NCBI GenBank assembly: GCA_943913835.1 | Contig: CALTZU010000001.1 | Location: 2,446 to 66,445, forward strand | Source: an uncultured Rheinheimera sp. | GTDB lineage: Bacteria; Pseudomonadota; Gammaproteobacteria; Enterobacterales; Alteromonadaceae | Direction of reading: 5' to 3' | Length of the DNA stretch: 64,000 bases | Part shown: positions 1 to 9,235 of the stretch, piece by piece | Layout of the letters: each line of letters opens with the position of its first letter | Numbering within the stretch: position 1 is the first letter of the stretch | Translations under genes and position numbers: made by a program | The notes under the pieces: model-generated | What the model saw: the letters and a program-made list of their open reading frames with translations, nothing else | Told to the model about the DNA's origin: nothing | Databases searched by the model: none

Positions 1-986
1 GGCGCTGCGATAACTTAACAGTGCTGGTGCAGCTGATAGCCCGCAATTCAGCGTTACTGGACAAGCTGGAATCGGCATGGGCGCGTTTAAGCAAACCTGC
101 GTTAAAACTGCTGGACTGGCGTAACCGCAATACTAAAGAACAATCGAGAAAAAATATTTCAGCGCATTACGATTTAGGTAATGCTATGTACCAGTTATTT
201 TTAGACCCTAGCATGATGTATTCCAGCGCTGTGTATGCCACTGACAGCTGCACTCTGGAGCAGGCCCAGCAGAATAAACTCAAGTCTGTCTGCGATAAGC
301 TGCAACTTAAGCCTACAGATCACCTGATTGAAATAGGCACGGGGTGGGGCGGTATGGCTATTTTTGCCGCCCGTCATTATGGTTGTAAGGTAACCACTAC
401 AACTATTTCGCGTGAACAACATGACTATGCGGCTGAAAAAATCCGCGAAGCAGGGCTGGAATCACAAATCACTTTACTGTTTCAGGACTATCGCGATTTA
501 ACAGGTACTTACGACAAGCTTGTTTCTATCGAGATGATTGAAGCTGTTGGTGACGACTTTCTGGATCAATACTTTGCTAAGTGCTCCAGCTTATTAAAAG
601 ACGATGGTTTGATGGTGTTGCAGGCTATAACTATTGCGGACCAGCGCTATAGCCACTATGTCAAAGAAGTTGATTTTATTAAACGTTACATCTTCCCTGG
701 CGGCTGCCTGCCTTCCATTCAGCGCATGAGTAATGCCGTGGCACAGTACACTGATTTAGTGCTGCGTCAGGTGCAGGACATAGGGCTGGATTATGCTCGT
801 ACCCTACAGCATTGGTGTCATAACTTTATGGCGTCAAAGGATAAATTACATCAGTTGGGTTATGACGATCAGTTCATCCGGCTTTGGCATTTTTATTTGT
901 GTTACTGCGAAGGTGGGTTTTTAGAAAGAGCTACAAGTGCTGTGCATTTAGTGTTCACCAAACCTTTGAATAGGAACAAAATATAA
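1..986 (+). CDS. cfa: Cyclopropane-fatty-acyl-phospholipid synthase family SAM-dependent methyltransferase (5' end outside the window)
   Basis: NISAHYDLGN, MYSSA, IEIGTGWGG (SAM motif), SIEMIEAVG, DFIKRYIFPGG and YLCYCEGGF motifs; frame is open to the window edge. Confidence 0.9.
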   Translation, partial: RCDNLTVLVQLIARNSALLDKLESAWARLSKPALKLLDWRNRNTKEQSRKNISAHYDLGNAMYQLFLDPSMMYSSAVYATDSCTLEQAQQNKLKSVCDKLQLKPTDHLIEIGTGWGGMAIFAARHYGCKVTTTTISREQHDYAAEKIREAGLESQITLLFQDYRDLTGTYDKLVSIEMIEAVGDDFLDQYFAKCSSLLKDDGLMVLQAITIADQRYSHYVKEVDFIKRYIFPGGCLPSIQRMSNAVAQYTDLVLRQVQDIGLDYARTLQHWCHNFMASKDKLHQLGYDDQFIRLWHFYLCYCEGGFLERATSAVHLVFTKPLNRNKI

Positions 987-1051
987 CTTTTCGTTGCTTA
1001 ATAAAGCACGGTCGTTTATAACTTTCTATGGATTAACGTAGCAGAGTCTGT

Positions 1052-3451
1052 ATGACGATCGTGACCACTTTACAGCCCGAAACTGATATCAGTGACCTCC
1101 ACGCTCAACTCCAGTTGTTACAGCAAGAAAATGCCAGACTAAGCTTAATTAATCAGTTTGCCATAGATCTGCATGAGTTGACGGGCGCGGATGACATTCT
1201 TAATTATGCTGCGAAACATGTCGTGGCAGGCCTCGGCTTTGTCGATTGCGCTATTTTTATTCTGGCGGAAGACGGTGAAACTCTGGTTCGCAAGGCTGGG
1301 ACCGGTACTCGTGATTTACCCTCACATTTAGGCATAGCTGAACTGAAAGTCGGTCATGGTCTGGTCGGCCACGCCGCCAGTATCCGGCAATCAGTATTGG
1401 TGTCCGATACCAGAGAAGATCCTCATTATTTAGCCGATTTAGTGCCAAGTTTGTCTGAATTAGTGGTCCCAATTCTGGATGGAAATGGCGTATTGGGTGT
1501 TATAGATTGCGAGCACTCTCATAGCCATTATTTCAGCGAGGAACATCAGCAAATTCTTGAAGTGGTCGCCTCCATTTTGGCCAGTAAGCTGCGCAAAGCA
1601 CAAATGCTGGACAGGCTGGAGTCATCGGTCAGTAAGCTTGAATATGCAGAGCGCCTGCAAAAAGCTTTGTATGAAATTGCATCCTTTTCTTATTTTGCCA
1701 ATGATTTTTCCAGCTTTTATAAGCGCTTGCATCAGATCGTCAACTCGCTGATTTATGCGCCCAATTTCTTTATTGCCTTGTTCGATGAAGAAGCACAGCA
1801 ATTGCATTTTCCCTATTTCGCTGACACAGAAGACGAGATGAATCCAAATCAGGTGTACAGCAGTGATATCCTGAAACACAGTCTGACAGGCCATGTATTT
1901 CGCTCTAATAAACCTTTATTGATACTACGTAAAGATATTGCGGCATTTGAGCAGGCTTATGATGTCAACGCTTATGGATCTGAGCCTGAATCCTGGCTGG
2001 GAGTGCCATTTCAATCCAGCGATACAGTACGTGGTGTGGTTGTAGTACAAAGTTATGTCGCCAATATTCACTACAGCGAGCGGGATTTGGAGCTGATGAT
2101 TTTCGTATCCCAGCATATTTCCAATGCGCTGGAACGGGTTTTTTCGGAAAAACGTCTGCAACATCAGGCCTTGCACGATGCTTTAACCGGCTTACCTAAC
2201 CGCAGCCTGCTACTGGACAGAATAGGTCAGGCATTTAAACGCATGCAGCGCTTTCCGGCTAATCATCTGGCCGTAATGTATCTGGATTTGGATCGCTTTA
2301 AAACCGTAAATGATACCTTAGGTCATCAGGTCGGTGATGCTTTCCTTGTTCAGGTTGGCCGCGTATTAAAGCTGTGTATGCGGCAAACTGATACATTAGC
2401 ACGGCTGGGAGGCGACGAATTTGCTGTAGTTCTTGAGGACGTCACAGGACTGGCTGACGTCACGGATGTAGCTCAACGTATTATTCAATCGCTGCAACAG
2501 CCTTTGCTGGTTGGAGAGCATATGCTGCTGACCTCGTGCAGTATAGGCATAGCATTGGCTAATTCTGCCGATCAATTACAATCCGCCGATGAATTGATCC
2601 GCCGGGCCGATATCGCTATGTATCAGGCAAAGCAGGATGGGCGCGGTGTCTACAGGATTTATTCTGCCGACATGTTAGTGCAGGAAAGTCAGGAATTCAG
2701 ATTAGGCCTTGAAATAAAAGCTGCCTTAGCAAAACAGCATTTTATGTTGCATTATCAGCCTATTATCAGTCTCGAAACTGAGGATACTATCGGCTTTGAA
2801 GCTTTGATCCGCTGGACTCACCAGGTCAGAGGCATGATCACACCTGATGAGTTTATTCCTTTTGCAGAAAAAAATGGCTTGATAGGTCTAATCGATCATT
2901 ATGTGTTAAAGCACAGTATTGAACAGATAAGGCAATGGAGGCAAAAGTATACCAAGCCTTTTTATGTCAGCGTCAATGTTTCAGGCCTTGCGTTTTCTGA
3001 ACCGGATTTTGCTATTTCTGTGATTCAGAAACTAACGCAAGCCGGAGTACCAGCTTCCTATCTGGCAATAGAAATCACAGAGCGGGCCTTGATCGAAAAC
3101 ATTGAGCAGGCAAGGTTATGCTTAAAACAGCTGCGTCAACATGGCGTTAAGGTACTGTTGGATGATTTTGGTACAGGTTATTCCAGTTTAAGTTATTTGA
3201 ATGAGTTCAAGCTGGATGTATTAAAAATAGACCGCTCATTCATCGCCAATATGAAACCTCATATTCAGGATAATCCTGTGGTCAACACAGTGATTGCTTT
3301 GGCTAAGACTCTGAATTTAAAAGTGGTCGCTGAAGGAGTAGAAACCAGTTTACAACAACAGTTGCTGAAAGAGCTGGGCTGTGATGCCGGACAAGGTTAT
3401 TGGTTTGCTAAGGCTTTGCCAGCAGCAGATGCTATCAAATGGTTACGTTAA
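1052..3451 (+). CDS. GAF-GAF-GGDEF-EAL diguanylate cyclase/phosphodiesterase
   Basis: Two GAF-like regions (SELVVPI...GVIDCE; SWLGVPF...GVVVVQSY), HDALTGLPNR, RQTD I-site, RLGGDEF, FEALIRW, DDFGTGYSS. Confidence 0.93.
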   Translation: MTIVTTLQPETDISDLHAQLQLLQQENARLSLINQFAIDLHELTGADDILNYAAKHVVAGLGFVDCAIFILAEDGETLVRKAGTGTRDLPSHLGIAELKVGHGLVGHAASIRQSVLVSDTREDPHYLADLVPSLSELVVPILDGNGVLGVIDCEHSHSHYFSEEHQQILEVVASILASKLRKAQMLDRLESSVSKLEYAERLQKALYEIASFSYFANDFSSFYKRLHQIVNSLIYAPNFFIALFDEEAQQLHFPYFADTEDEMNPNQVYSSDILKHSLTGHVFRSNKPLLILRKDIAAFEQAYDVNAYGSEPESWLGVPFQSSDTVRGVVVVQSYVANIHYSERDLELMIFVSQHISNALERVFSEKRLQHQALHDALTGLPNRSLLLDRIGQAFKRMQRFPANHLAVMYLDLDRFKTVNDTLGHQVGDAFLVQVGRVLKLCMRQTDTLARLGGDEFAVVLEDVTGLADVTDVAQRIIQSLQQPLLVGEHMLLTSCSIGIALANSADQLQSADELIRRADIAMYQAKQDGRGVYRIYSADMLVQESQEFRLGLEIKAALAKQHFMLHYQPIISLETEDTIGFEALIRWTHQVRGMITPDEFIPFAEKNGLIGLIDHYVLKHSIEQIRQWRQKYTKPFYVSVNVSGLAFSEPDFAISVIQKLTQAGVPASYLAIEITERALIENIEQARLCLKQLRQHGVKVLLDDFGTGYSSLSYLNEFKLDVLKIDRSFIANMKPHIQDNPVVNTVIALAKTLNLKVVAEGVETSLQQQLLKELGCDAGQGYWFAKALPAADAIKWLR

Positions 3452-3464
3452 ATAATACGCACAT

Positions 3465-3563
3465 GTAGGGGCGGGTCTTGTACCCGCCCGTCTCGAATTC
3501 CAAACAAATCTTTATTGGTCTTGTACCCGCCCGTCACGGGCCGGGACAAGCCGCGGCGCCTAC
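3465..3563. repeat. GTAG-type REP cluster (REPIN-like) between convergent genes
   Basis: GTAG-GGGCGGGT-CTTGT-ACCCGCCC (3465-3489), partial direct copy GGTCTTGTACCCGCCCGT (3517-3534), inverted copy ending CCTAC (3538-3563). Confidence 0.8.
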
Positions 3564-3588
3564 AATAGACCGTCTCAGATGGGCGTGA

Positions 3589-4422
3589 TTAAACCAGCCG
3601 AATAGCTTCTGCTTCGATGACTATTTTGCCCGCTTTGTATAAAGCACCAATAGCGGCTTTAAATACTTTTTTACTGACACCAAATTCGCCGTAAATTTGT
3701 TCAGGGCTGCTTTTATCTGACAACGGCAGACTGCCACCTTTGTGCTTTAAGCGTTCTAAAACTACATCAGTAAAGGCTTGGGTTTTTGCATAACCTGGCT
3801 TATCCAGCAGTAGATCAATACGCAAGTCATCCCGTACTTTCTGTACATAGGCCGTACCTTTATAACCGATACGCAGTGGTTTAAATACCTGATTTTTATA
3901 CAATAAACCCCAGTGCTGATGATCAACTACCACTTTGTAGCCCATGTCGGTCTGTGCGGCGACATAAAACTGTACTTCATCACCAGCTTGATATGCCGGG
4001 TTGTCTTTGCCTATGTATCTGTCCAGTTTGGCGGAGGCGACAATACGGTTACTTTTATCCACATAACAGTACACCAGATAATATTTATCAAGTTGCATCG
4101 GAATTTGCTGTTCGCTAAAAGGCACCAGCAAATCTTTTTTCAGACCCCAGTTTAAAAAGGCACCCACCTTAGTAACTGCCACAGCTTTAAGCTGTGCCAC
4201 CTGACCGACCATGACATAAGGTTTTTCTGTGGTGGCGATCAGTTGATCTTCTGAATCCAGATACAAAAACACTTCGAGTACAGTGCCAATATCTGCACCA
4301 GCCGGCACATAACGTTTAGGCAATAAAATATCGCCCCAGCTTAAGCCATCGAGGTAGACTCCAAATTCGACCTGCTTTTTAACCGCTAGTCTGTTCAGTT
4401 TGCCTAAAGCGAGTTGAGTCAT
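3589..4422 (-). CDS. cvfB: CvfB/YitL family S1-domain RNA-binding protein
   Basis: FGVYLD, VFLYLDSEDQLIATT, GAFLNWGLKKDLLVPF and C-terminal winged helix SKKVFKAAIGALYK; start moved to MTQLALGK. Confidence 0.88.
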   Translation of the reverse strand: MTQLALGKLNRLAVKKQVEFGVYLDGLSWGDILLPKRYVPAGADIGTVLEVFLYLDSEDQLIATTEKPYVMVGQVAQLKAVAVTKVGAFLNWGLKKDLLVPFSEQQIPMQLDKYYLVYCYVDKSNRIVASAKLDRYIGKDNPAYQAGDEVQFYVAAQTDMGYKVVVDHQHWGLLYKNQVFKPLRIGYKGTAYVQKVRDDLRIDLLLDKPGYAKTQAFTDVVLERLKHKGGSLPLSDKSSPEQIYGEFGVSKKVFKAAIGALYKAGKIVIEAEAIRLV

Positions 4423-4426
4423 CTGT

Positions 4427-4993
4427 TTACTCCGAAGCCAGCAAGGCTGGGGTTGACTGTTGAATATAGTGTAATTGCACCTGCACGCTGTGGCCTGCAT
4501 TGCCAAACCAGATTTGGCCTTCATTGATAGTGCATTGTAACTGCATGGTGCGGTCGCATAATTTAGCCAGCTCTGCGGTATCCGCGGGGGAGACTGCCAC
4601 TATAGTCAGGTTTTTCAACTGACTTAAGGCTTTTTGTTCGGCGCTGTACCATTTGTCCACTGCAGTGCCGCCATAAGCCAGCAATAACAGCTGTTCTGTT
4701 TTATGGCTGGCGCGGCGTAGGCGTTTTTCTTCAGGTAAACCCAGTTCAATCCAGAGCTGATAATCGCCGGTCAGATTTTGGCGATACAACGCTGCTTCAT
4801 CGTCATCGGAAATACCTTTACCAAAGGTTAAATTTTCTTCGGCACACAAGGCAAACGCCAGCAGCCGTAACATCAGACGTTCTGTGGTTTCAGAAGGGTG
4901 CTGGGCCAGAGTCAGGTTGTAATCCTGATAATGATGGCGCGACATATCAGCCACAGCCAGGCTTGCTTTAAAAATGGTTGCCTTTAAGGCCAT
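4427..4993 (-). CDS. yaeQ: YaeQ family protein
   Basis: MALKATIFKA...AQHPSETTERLMLRLLAFAL...FGKGISDDDE signature. Confidence 0.92.
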   Translation of the reverse strand: MALKATIFKASLAVADMSRHHYQDYNLTLAQHPSETTERLMLRLLAFALCAEENLTFGKGISDDDEAALYRQNLTGDYQLWIELGLPEEKRLRRASHKTEQLLLLAYGGTAVDKWYSAEQKALSQLKNLTIVAVSPADTAELAKLCDRTMQLQCTINEGQIWFGNAGHSVQVQLHYIQQSTPALLASE

Positions 4994-5081
4994 AACAAAT
5001 CCACAGAACAAATCAAAAGGGCGCTAGTGTACCTTGTTCGTTGGAATAATGCAGCTTGTCTGCTCAGACAGAGTGATTAGC

Positions 5082-5282
5082 TCAGGCATGCAACTGATGA
5101 TGTTGTTTTTGTCGTTGTGCCACCCGGTTCCAGGCTTTCTCATGGAAAAAGTACGCAATTGTATTAATGGCCGGTTCTATGGTTGCCACTAAGCCACCTA
5201 CCAGCAGATCCCCTGTTAACAGGTAAGTCACGCTGAAGGCTACAGAAAAATGCAGTACGGCAAAGGTCATAGTTTTTAACAT
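5082..5282 (-). CDS. DUF2061 family small membrane protein
   Basis: KTMTFAVLHFSVAF...ATIEPAINTIAYFFHEKAW; start moved to MLKTM. Confidence 0.85.
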   Translation of the reverse strand: MLKTMTFAVLHFSVAFSVTYLLTGDLLVGGLVATIEPAINTIAYFFHEKAWNRVAQRQKQHHQLHA

Positions 5283-5383
5283 GATAGAGCTCCAGTAGTC
5301 GGAATTTTTAACGAGCTTAGCCTGAGCTGTTTTTTGGCGAAAACGAATTAATCTGCTCGGGGCTATCGTTTTTTCTGCACAAC

Positions 5384-5410
5384 AGATCCTAAGCCCAACT
5401 GTGAACGTAA
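5384..5410 (+). promoter_or_regulatory. Candidate RpoE-ChrR (ECF11, singlet-oxygen) promoter for the DCC1-like gene
   Basis: AGATCC-N16-CGTAA, close to the TGATC...CGTA consensus, about 25 nt before the ATG. Confidence 0.45.
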
Positions 5411-5434
5411 AGTGCAAGTGAACAGGAGCAAAAC

Positions 5435-5803
5435 ATGAATTCACTCGAAGTGTTTTATGATGGTAGTTGTCCATTGTGTCAACGCGAAATCAACTACTTC
5501 CGTAGCCTAAAAAGTCGGGTACCAATACGCTGGCTGGATTTAACTGACTTAAACACAGTGTTGCCGCAAGGACTGAACAGATGCAGTGCGCTGGCGCGTA
5601 TGCATGTGCGGGTAAATGGCCAGCGTTATTACAGAGGCGCTGCCGCTTTTGCGATACTCTGGTCGCAATTTGACTATTGGCGTATGCTGGGGCTGTTATT
5701 GAGAATACCGCCACTCACCTGGTGCGCTGATAGGCTTTATACTTGGTTTTTAAAAATAAGGCCGCATCTTCAGCGCTGGGTGCAACAACAGGAGAAACCC
5801 TGA
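5435..5803 (+). CDS. DCC1-like thiol-disulfide oxidoreductase (DUF393)
   Basis: VFYDGSCPLC (DxxCxxC), MHVR...GAAAF...LW, YTWF; AGGAG RBS. Confidence 0.9.
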   Translation: MNSLEVFYDGSCPLCQREINYFRSLKSRVPIRWLDLTDLNTVLPQGLNRCSALARMHVRVNGQRYYRGAAAFAILWSQFDYWRMLGLLLRIPPLTWCADRLYTWFLKIRPHLQRWVQQQEKP

Positions 5804-6102
5804 TGGGTTTAGATTGTCGCGAACTTTTGGATGTGAAAGAGTACGAATTTTTAATCAACTGGTTTATGCGTAAGCAAAAGCTGCATCAGTTGGCTGCCTT
5901 GGTCGAACCCTACAGTTATGATGGTTACTCTTTGTATGATCAGAAAGTGAATCAACTGATAGCAGAGGCCGCTATAGCTTTTGTTGAAACCTTTCAGCGC
6001 GAAGCTCCGCCTTTGGTATTTACTAATTTATTTCATCTGGCAGAGCTGGAGTTGCAGGGCAAACGAAATCGCATCCTCAAAGCGCCTAAGTCCTTGCAAT
6101 AA
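5803..6102 (+). CDS. Hypothetical protein (99 aa), translationally coupled to the DCC1-like gene
   Basis: GGAGA RBS, TGATG stop/start overlap, followed by a terminator. Confidence 0.65.
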   Translation: MGLDCRELLDVKEYEFLINWFMRKQKLHQLAALVEPYSYDGYSLYDQKVNQLIAEAAIAFVETFQREAPPLVFTNLFHLAELELQGKRNRILKAPKSLQ

Positions 6103-6130
6103 AAAACCACCTTGCGGTGGTTTTTTATTT
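6100..6130. terminator. Bidirectional intrinsic terminator
   Basis: AAAAAACCACC-TTGC-GGTGGTTTTTT between convergent genes. Confidence 0.88.
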
Positions 6131-6140
6131 GGTTCTAGTG

Positions 6141-7640
6141 CTATTGCACTCGTTTTAATGCATCGGTCAGTTGCGGAATATCCAGCTTTTCATTCAGTGG
6201 CACTAAAGTACCGGCAGACCATACGCCATAACTACCATCGTCGCGCACCAGGATCATTTTATCTTTTTTAAAGCTGACCATCTGATGAGGTAGTAAATTC
6301 AATTTTGGATAGGAAGAAGGCTTAAACCAGTTATCACCTGGCCAGTTGCTATGACAACCTACCTGCGCCAACAGGGTTGGAACCAGATCCAGATGCTGGG
6401 TCACTGTGTCTGAGATGACTTTATTTAAGGCTGGCCAATTGCTGTACAGCTGCGCCGGCGCCAGATCAAATTGTGATTCTGCAGCTTGTATCGTCAATAT
6501 CAGGCTAGGCTCTGCATTAATTGCTGCTAATTCTGAACTCAAATCGAGGCTGAATTTTACTTTAACCGGTACGGCAGAGTTTTCCGTCAGGGGGAGCCAG
6601 GGCAAAAGTTTTTGAAATTCGGTGTCGCTGGCACTGATACTTAAAGTCCCTGCAGGTAACTGTTCCATCCAATTTGGTGCTTGTTGCAAAGCGGAAACCA
6701 TATCCTTTTTCAGTTGCATACTGCCATACAGCAAATTCAGCAATGCACTTTGAGTCTCAACAGGGGCAAAATGTTGCTGATGTGCCTTAAAGTTGTGTTG
6801 CTGCAACAGTTCTGTATCTGTTGCAGACAAAGCAGGCAGGATCAGTACTGTTAAAGGTTCAACCTGCTGACTGGTGCATTGTAAGGCAGCTGGCTCACGC
6901 CAATTGGTTGGACGTTGCAGCTGTTCAGCTTTGCTTTCTTTTAATCTTGATAAATCCAGTACATTGTATTTGGCTAAGAACGTATTAGCGGTGGCGGGGT
7001 AAGTAAAAGGTAAAACATTATCTTGTTTTAACACATCCAGTTCTAATTGAGCGTCAGCCCAGATATGTAAACTGTGGCTGGCAACAAAGCAGCCCAAAAA
7101 CACGTAAAGCGCGGGTTGGCCCACACCAGAGGCTTGCAGCCGGGGTACTTTTTTCCAGCATAAGTTACTCAGAACTAACTCTATCGCCAATAACAACGCT
7201 GCGACTACACTGGTGATCAGAATAAAATTACGTAGGTTAGTGACAACTTGCTGGCGCAGTAAATCAATAGTTTGTTCGCTGGATGCGCTACCCACATGGT
7301 ACCCAAGCGCCTGATATACATAAGCATCAAAAATTAGTGCAACCAGACCAACTGTAGCTAAGACTGCGGCTATACCGCGTACATGGCGCTGATAAGGAAA
7401 AATAAGGGTAACAGGGAAGATCGTCAGAATAAAAAACAGGAAACATAAAAAAGCGGTGTGACCCAACCAGGTGGTCAGAAGATAAAACCAGCCTGTGATA
7501 CTTTGTGGCAATGGTTCTGCCCACCAGTAGGCTGAAGTGATCAGCAGTGCCAACAGGATATTAAAAAAAGTAAACCAGTGCCCCCAATTCAGCAGGCGGT
7601 TTACTTTATTGACTAATGACAGGTTTTGTTCCAACACCAT
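6141..7640 (-). CDS. yejM: YejM/PbgA/LapC family inner-membrane LPS-homeostasis protein (DUF3413 plus degenerate sulfatase-like domain)
   Basis: NWGHWFTFFN, five TM segments, SHSLHIWADA, YPATA motif, TQHLDLVPTLL; yejK/yejL synteny. Confidence 0.88.
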   Translation of the reverse strand: MVLEQNLSLVNKVNRLLNWGHWFTFFNILLALLITSAYWWAEPLPQSITGWFYLLTTWLGHTAFLCFLFFILTIFPVTLIFPYQRHVRGIAAVLATVGLVALIFDAYVYQALGYHVGSASSEQTIDLLRQQVVTNLRNFILITSVVAALLLAIELVLSNLCWKKVPRLQASGVGQPALYVFLGCFVASHSLHIWADAQLELDVLKQDNVLPFTYPATANTFLAKYNVLDLSRLKESKAEQLQRPTNWREPAALQCTSQQVEPLTVLILPALSATDTELLQQHNFKAHQQHFAPVETQSALLNLLYGSMQLKKDMVSALQQAPNWMEQLPAGTLSISASDTEFQKLLPWLPLTENSAVPVKVKFSLDLSSELAAINAEPSLILTIQAAESQFDLAPAQLYSNWPALNKVISDTVTQHLDLVPTLLAQVGCHSNWPGDNWFKPSSYPKLNLLPHQMVSFKKDKMILVRDDGSYGVWSAGTLVPLNEKLDIPQLTDALKRVQ

Positions 7641-7644
7641 AGAG

Positions 7645-7869
7645 TTATTGTTTCTTGCTGTTAACGGCGTCTTTCAGCGCCTGACCAAAATGATTGGCCA
7701 CATCTAAACGTTGAGCAGCCGGGACACTGGTGTTAATGATATGGCTGATGGTGTTGCCTAAGCACATCAGACTCAATTCCGTGCTGGCGTCTTGTAAGCG
7801 TAACTGATCGAGAATACTGTTTACGATCTTTTCAATTTGGTCGGTCGAATACTTTGATACAATAGGCAT
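7645..7869 (-). CDS. yejL: YejL (DUF1414) family protein
   Basis: MPIVSKYS...LSLMCLGN; lies between yejK and yejM. Confidence 0.9.
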   Translation of the reverse strand: MPIVSKYSTDQIEKIVNSILDQLRLQDASTELSLMCLGNTISHIINTSVPAAQRLDVANHFGQALKDAVNSKKQ

Positions 7870-7940
7870 GAAGGTCTCTGCTCGAAATAAAATGGAACAG
7901 CGGGGAATACTAGCAGAATTAGCGAAGAACAGGAAAATAT

Positions 7941-8975
7941 ATGTCCGTCGATGTGTTGCATCTGGCAATAAATTTTATCGAAAGTACGGAAAGTGAGCAG
8001 TTACAGGCGCAGTTTCGTCAGGAGTTGGTGCCAGTATCACAATCTGTCGCGCACTTAATTGAGCAACTGCATTTAGCCTACAATGGTAAACCAGCCAAAG
8101 GTTATGCCACTTTTTCCGATGATTTACAGGACAGAATGGCTTTGCCTCTGGCGCAGTGGCAAGCTCAGGAACGCAGTTTTTTGCAACTGGCTGAACAAGC
8201 AACCAGTCAATTAGTGGTGCAACTGGTGCAGCATCAAATTCAGGAAACTGGCTATTTTATGCTGTGTCATTACCGTTATCTGGCTACTGAATATGTGTTG
8301 GTGACATTATTGGGCAGTAAAGATCACTTTAGTGTGACACCGGACTTATTGTTGTCCACTGATCAGCATCTGGATATAGCCAGGATGCAACTGGCCGCCC
8401 GTATCGATTTGACGGAATACCAAACCAGCCCGGAGCAAAACAAGTACATCTCTTTTATTCGCGGCAGAGCAGGGCGTAAAGTCGCCGACTTTTTCCTCGA
8501 CTTCTTGGGATGCGCCGAAGGTATAGTGGCGAAAGAGCAAAGTAAAGTAGTGCTGGCTTCTGTCGAAGAGTATTTATCGGCCTCGGATTACGATGCCAGC
8601 GAAAAGTCAGCCGTACGCAAGCAAGTCTATGAATACTGCGAAGAGCAAAGCAAACAAGGTCTGGATGTGCATTTGCAGGAGTTGTCGGCTACTATCGACA
8701 GCAGCGATGCCCGCGCTTTTACTGACTACTGTGCAGAGCAGAATATAGAAGTACCAGAGCAGTTTCCTGTCGATGTGAAAGAGTTAAAAACCCTGGTGAA
8801 GTTTTCAGGCGCCGGCGGTGGCGTCAGTATCAGCTTTGAACAGAAGCACCTGGGTGAACGTATCCGTTACGATATGGAAAAAGACTTGCTGATTATTCAG
8901 GGGGTTCCGCCCAACTTAAAAGACCAGCTACAACGCTTTTTAAAAGGTTTTTCCAGCTTCGATAACAAGGGCTGA
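7941..8975 (+). CDS. yejK: Nucleoid-associated protein YejK/NdpA
   Basis: YNGKPAKGY, LAARIDLTE, YISFIRGRAGRKVADFFLDFLGC, PPNLKDQL. Confidence 0.95.
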   Translation: MSVDVLHLAINFIESTESEQLQAQFRQELVPVSQSVAHLIEQLHLAYNGKPAKGYATFSDDLQDRMALPLAQWQAQERSFLQLAEQATSQLVVQLVQHQIQETGYFMLCHYRYLATEYVLVTLLGSKDHFSVTPDLLLSTDQHLDIARMQLAARIDLTEYQTSPEQNKYISFIRGRAGRKVADFFLDFLGCAEGIVAKEQSKVVLASVEEYLSASDYDASEKSAVRKQVYEYCEEQSKQGLDVHLQELSATIDSSDARAFTDYCAEQNIEVPEQFPVDVKELKTLVKFSGAGGGVSISFEQKHLGERIRYDMEKDLLIIQGVPPNLKDQLQRFLKGFSSFDNKG

Positions 8976-8978
8976 GCC

Positions 8979-9233
8979 TTAGTCACCGCCACTACCGCCG
9001 TCAGATCCGCCATCTGACGTGTTGTGGTGGTCGGTATCCACTTGTTTAATCCGACTGGCGTCTGTGCCAGAGCTGGCTACCACAGAACCTGTGACACCAC
9101 CTTCAGTGCTTGTTTTCTGACTGACTTCTGTTTTTGCTTTGGCGTCCAGCCCTTTGCTGCGGCGGATCAACCACAAATTACCGAGAATAATCCCAAGCGC
9201 TACTACTAAAATCCACCAGAAGCTTGCTGTCAT
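8979..9233 (-). CDS. Small membrane protein, DUF2897-like, with Gly/Ser/Asp-rich tail
   Basis: Single N-terminal TM (WILVVALGIILGNLWLIR); last gene of the dapE operon. Confidence 0.65.
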   Translation of the reverse strand: MTASFWWILVVALGIILGNLWLIRRSKGLDAKAKTEVSQKTSTEGGVTGSVVASSGTDASRIKQVDTDHHNTSDGGSDGGSGGD

Positions 9234-9235
9234 GG

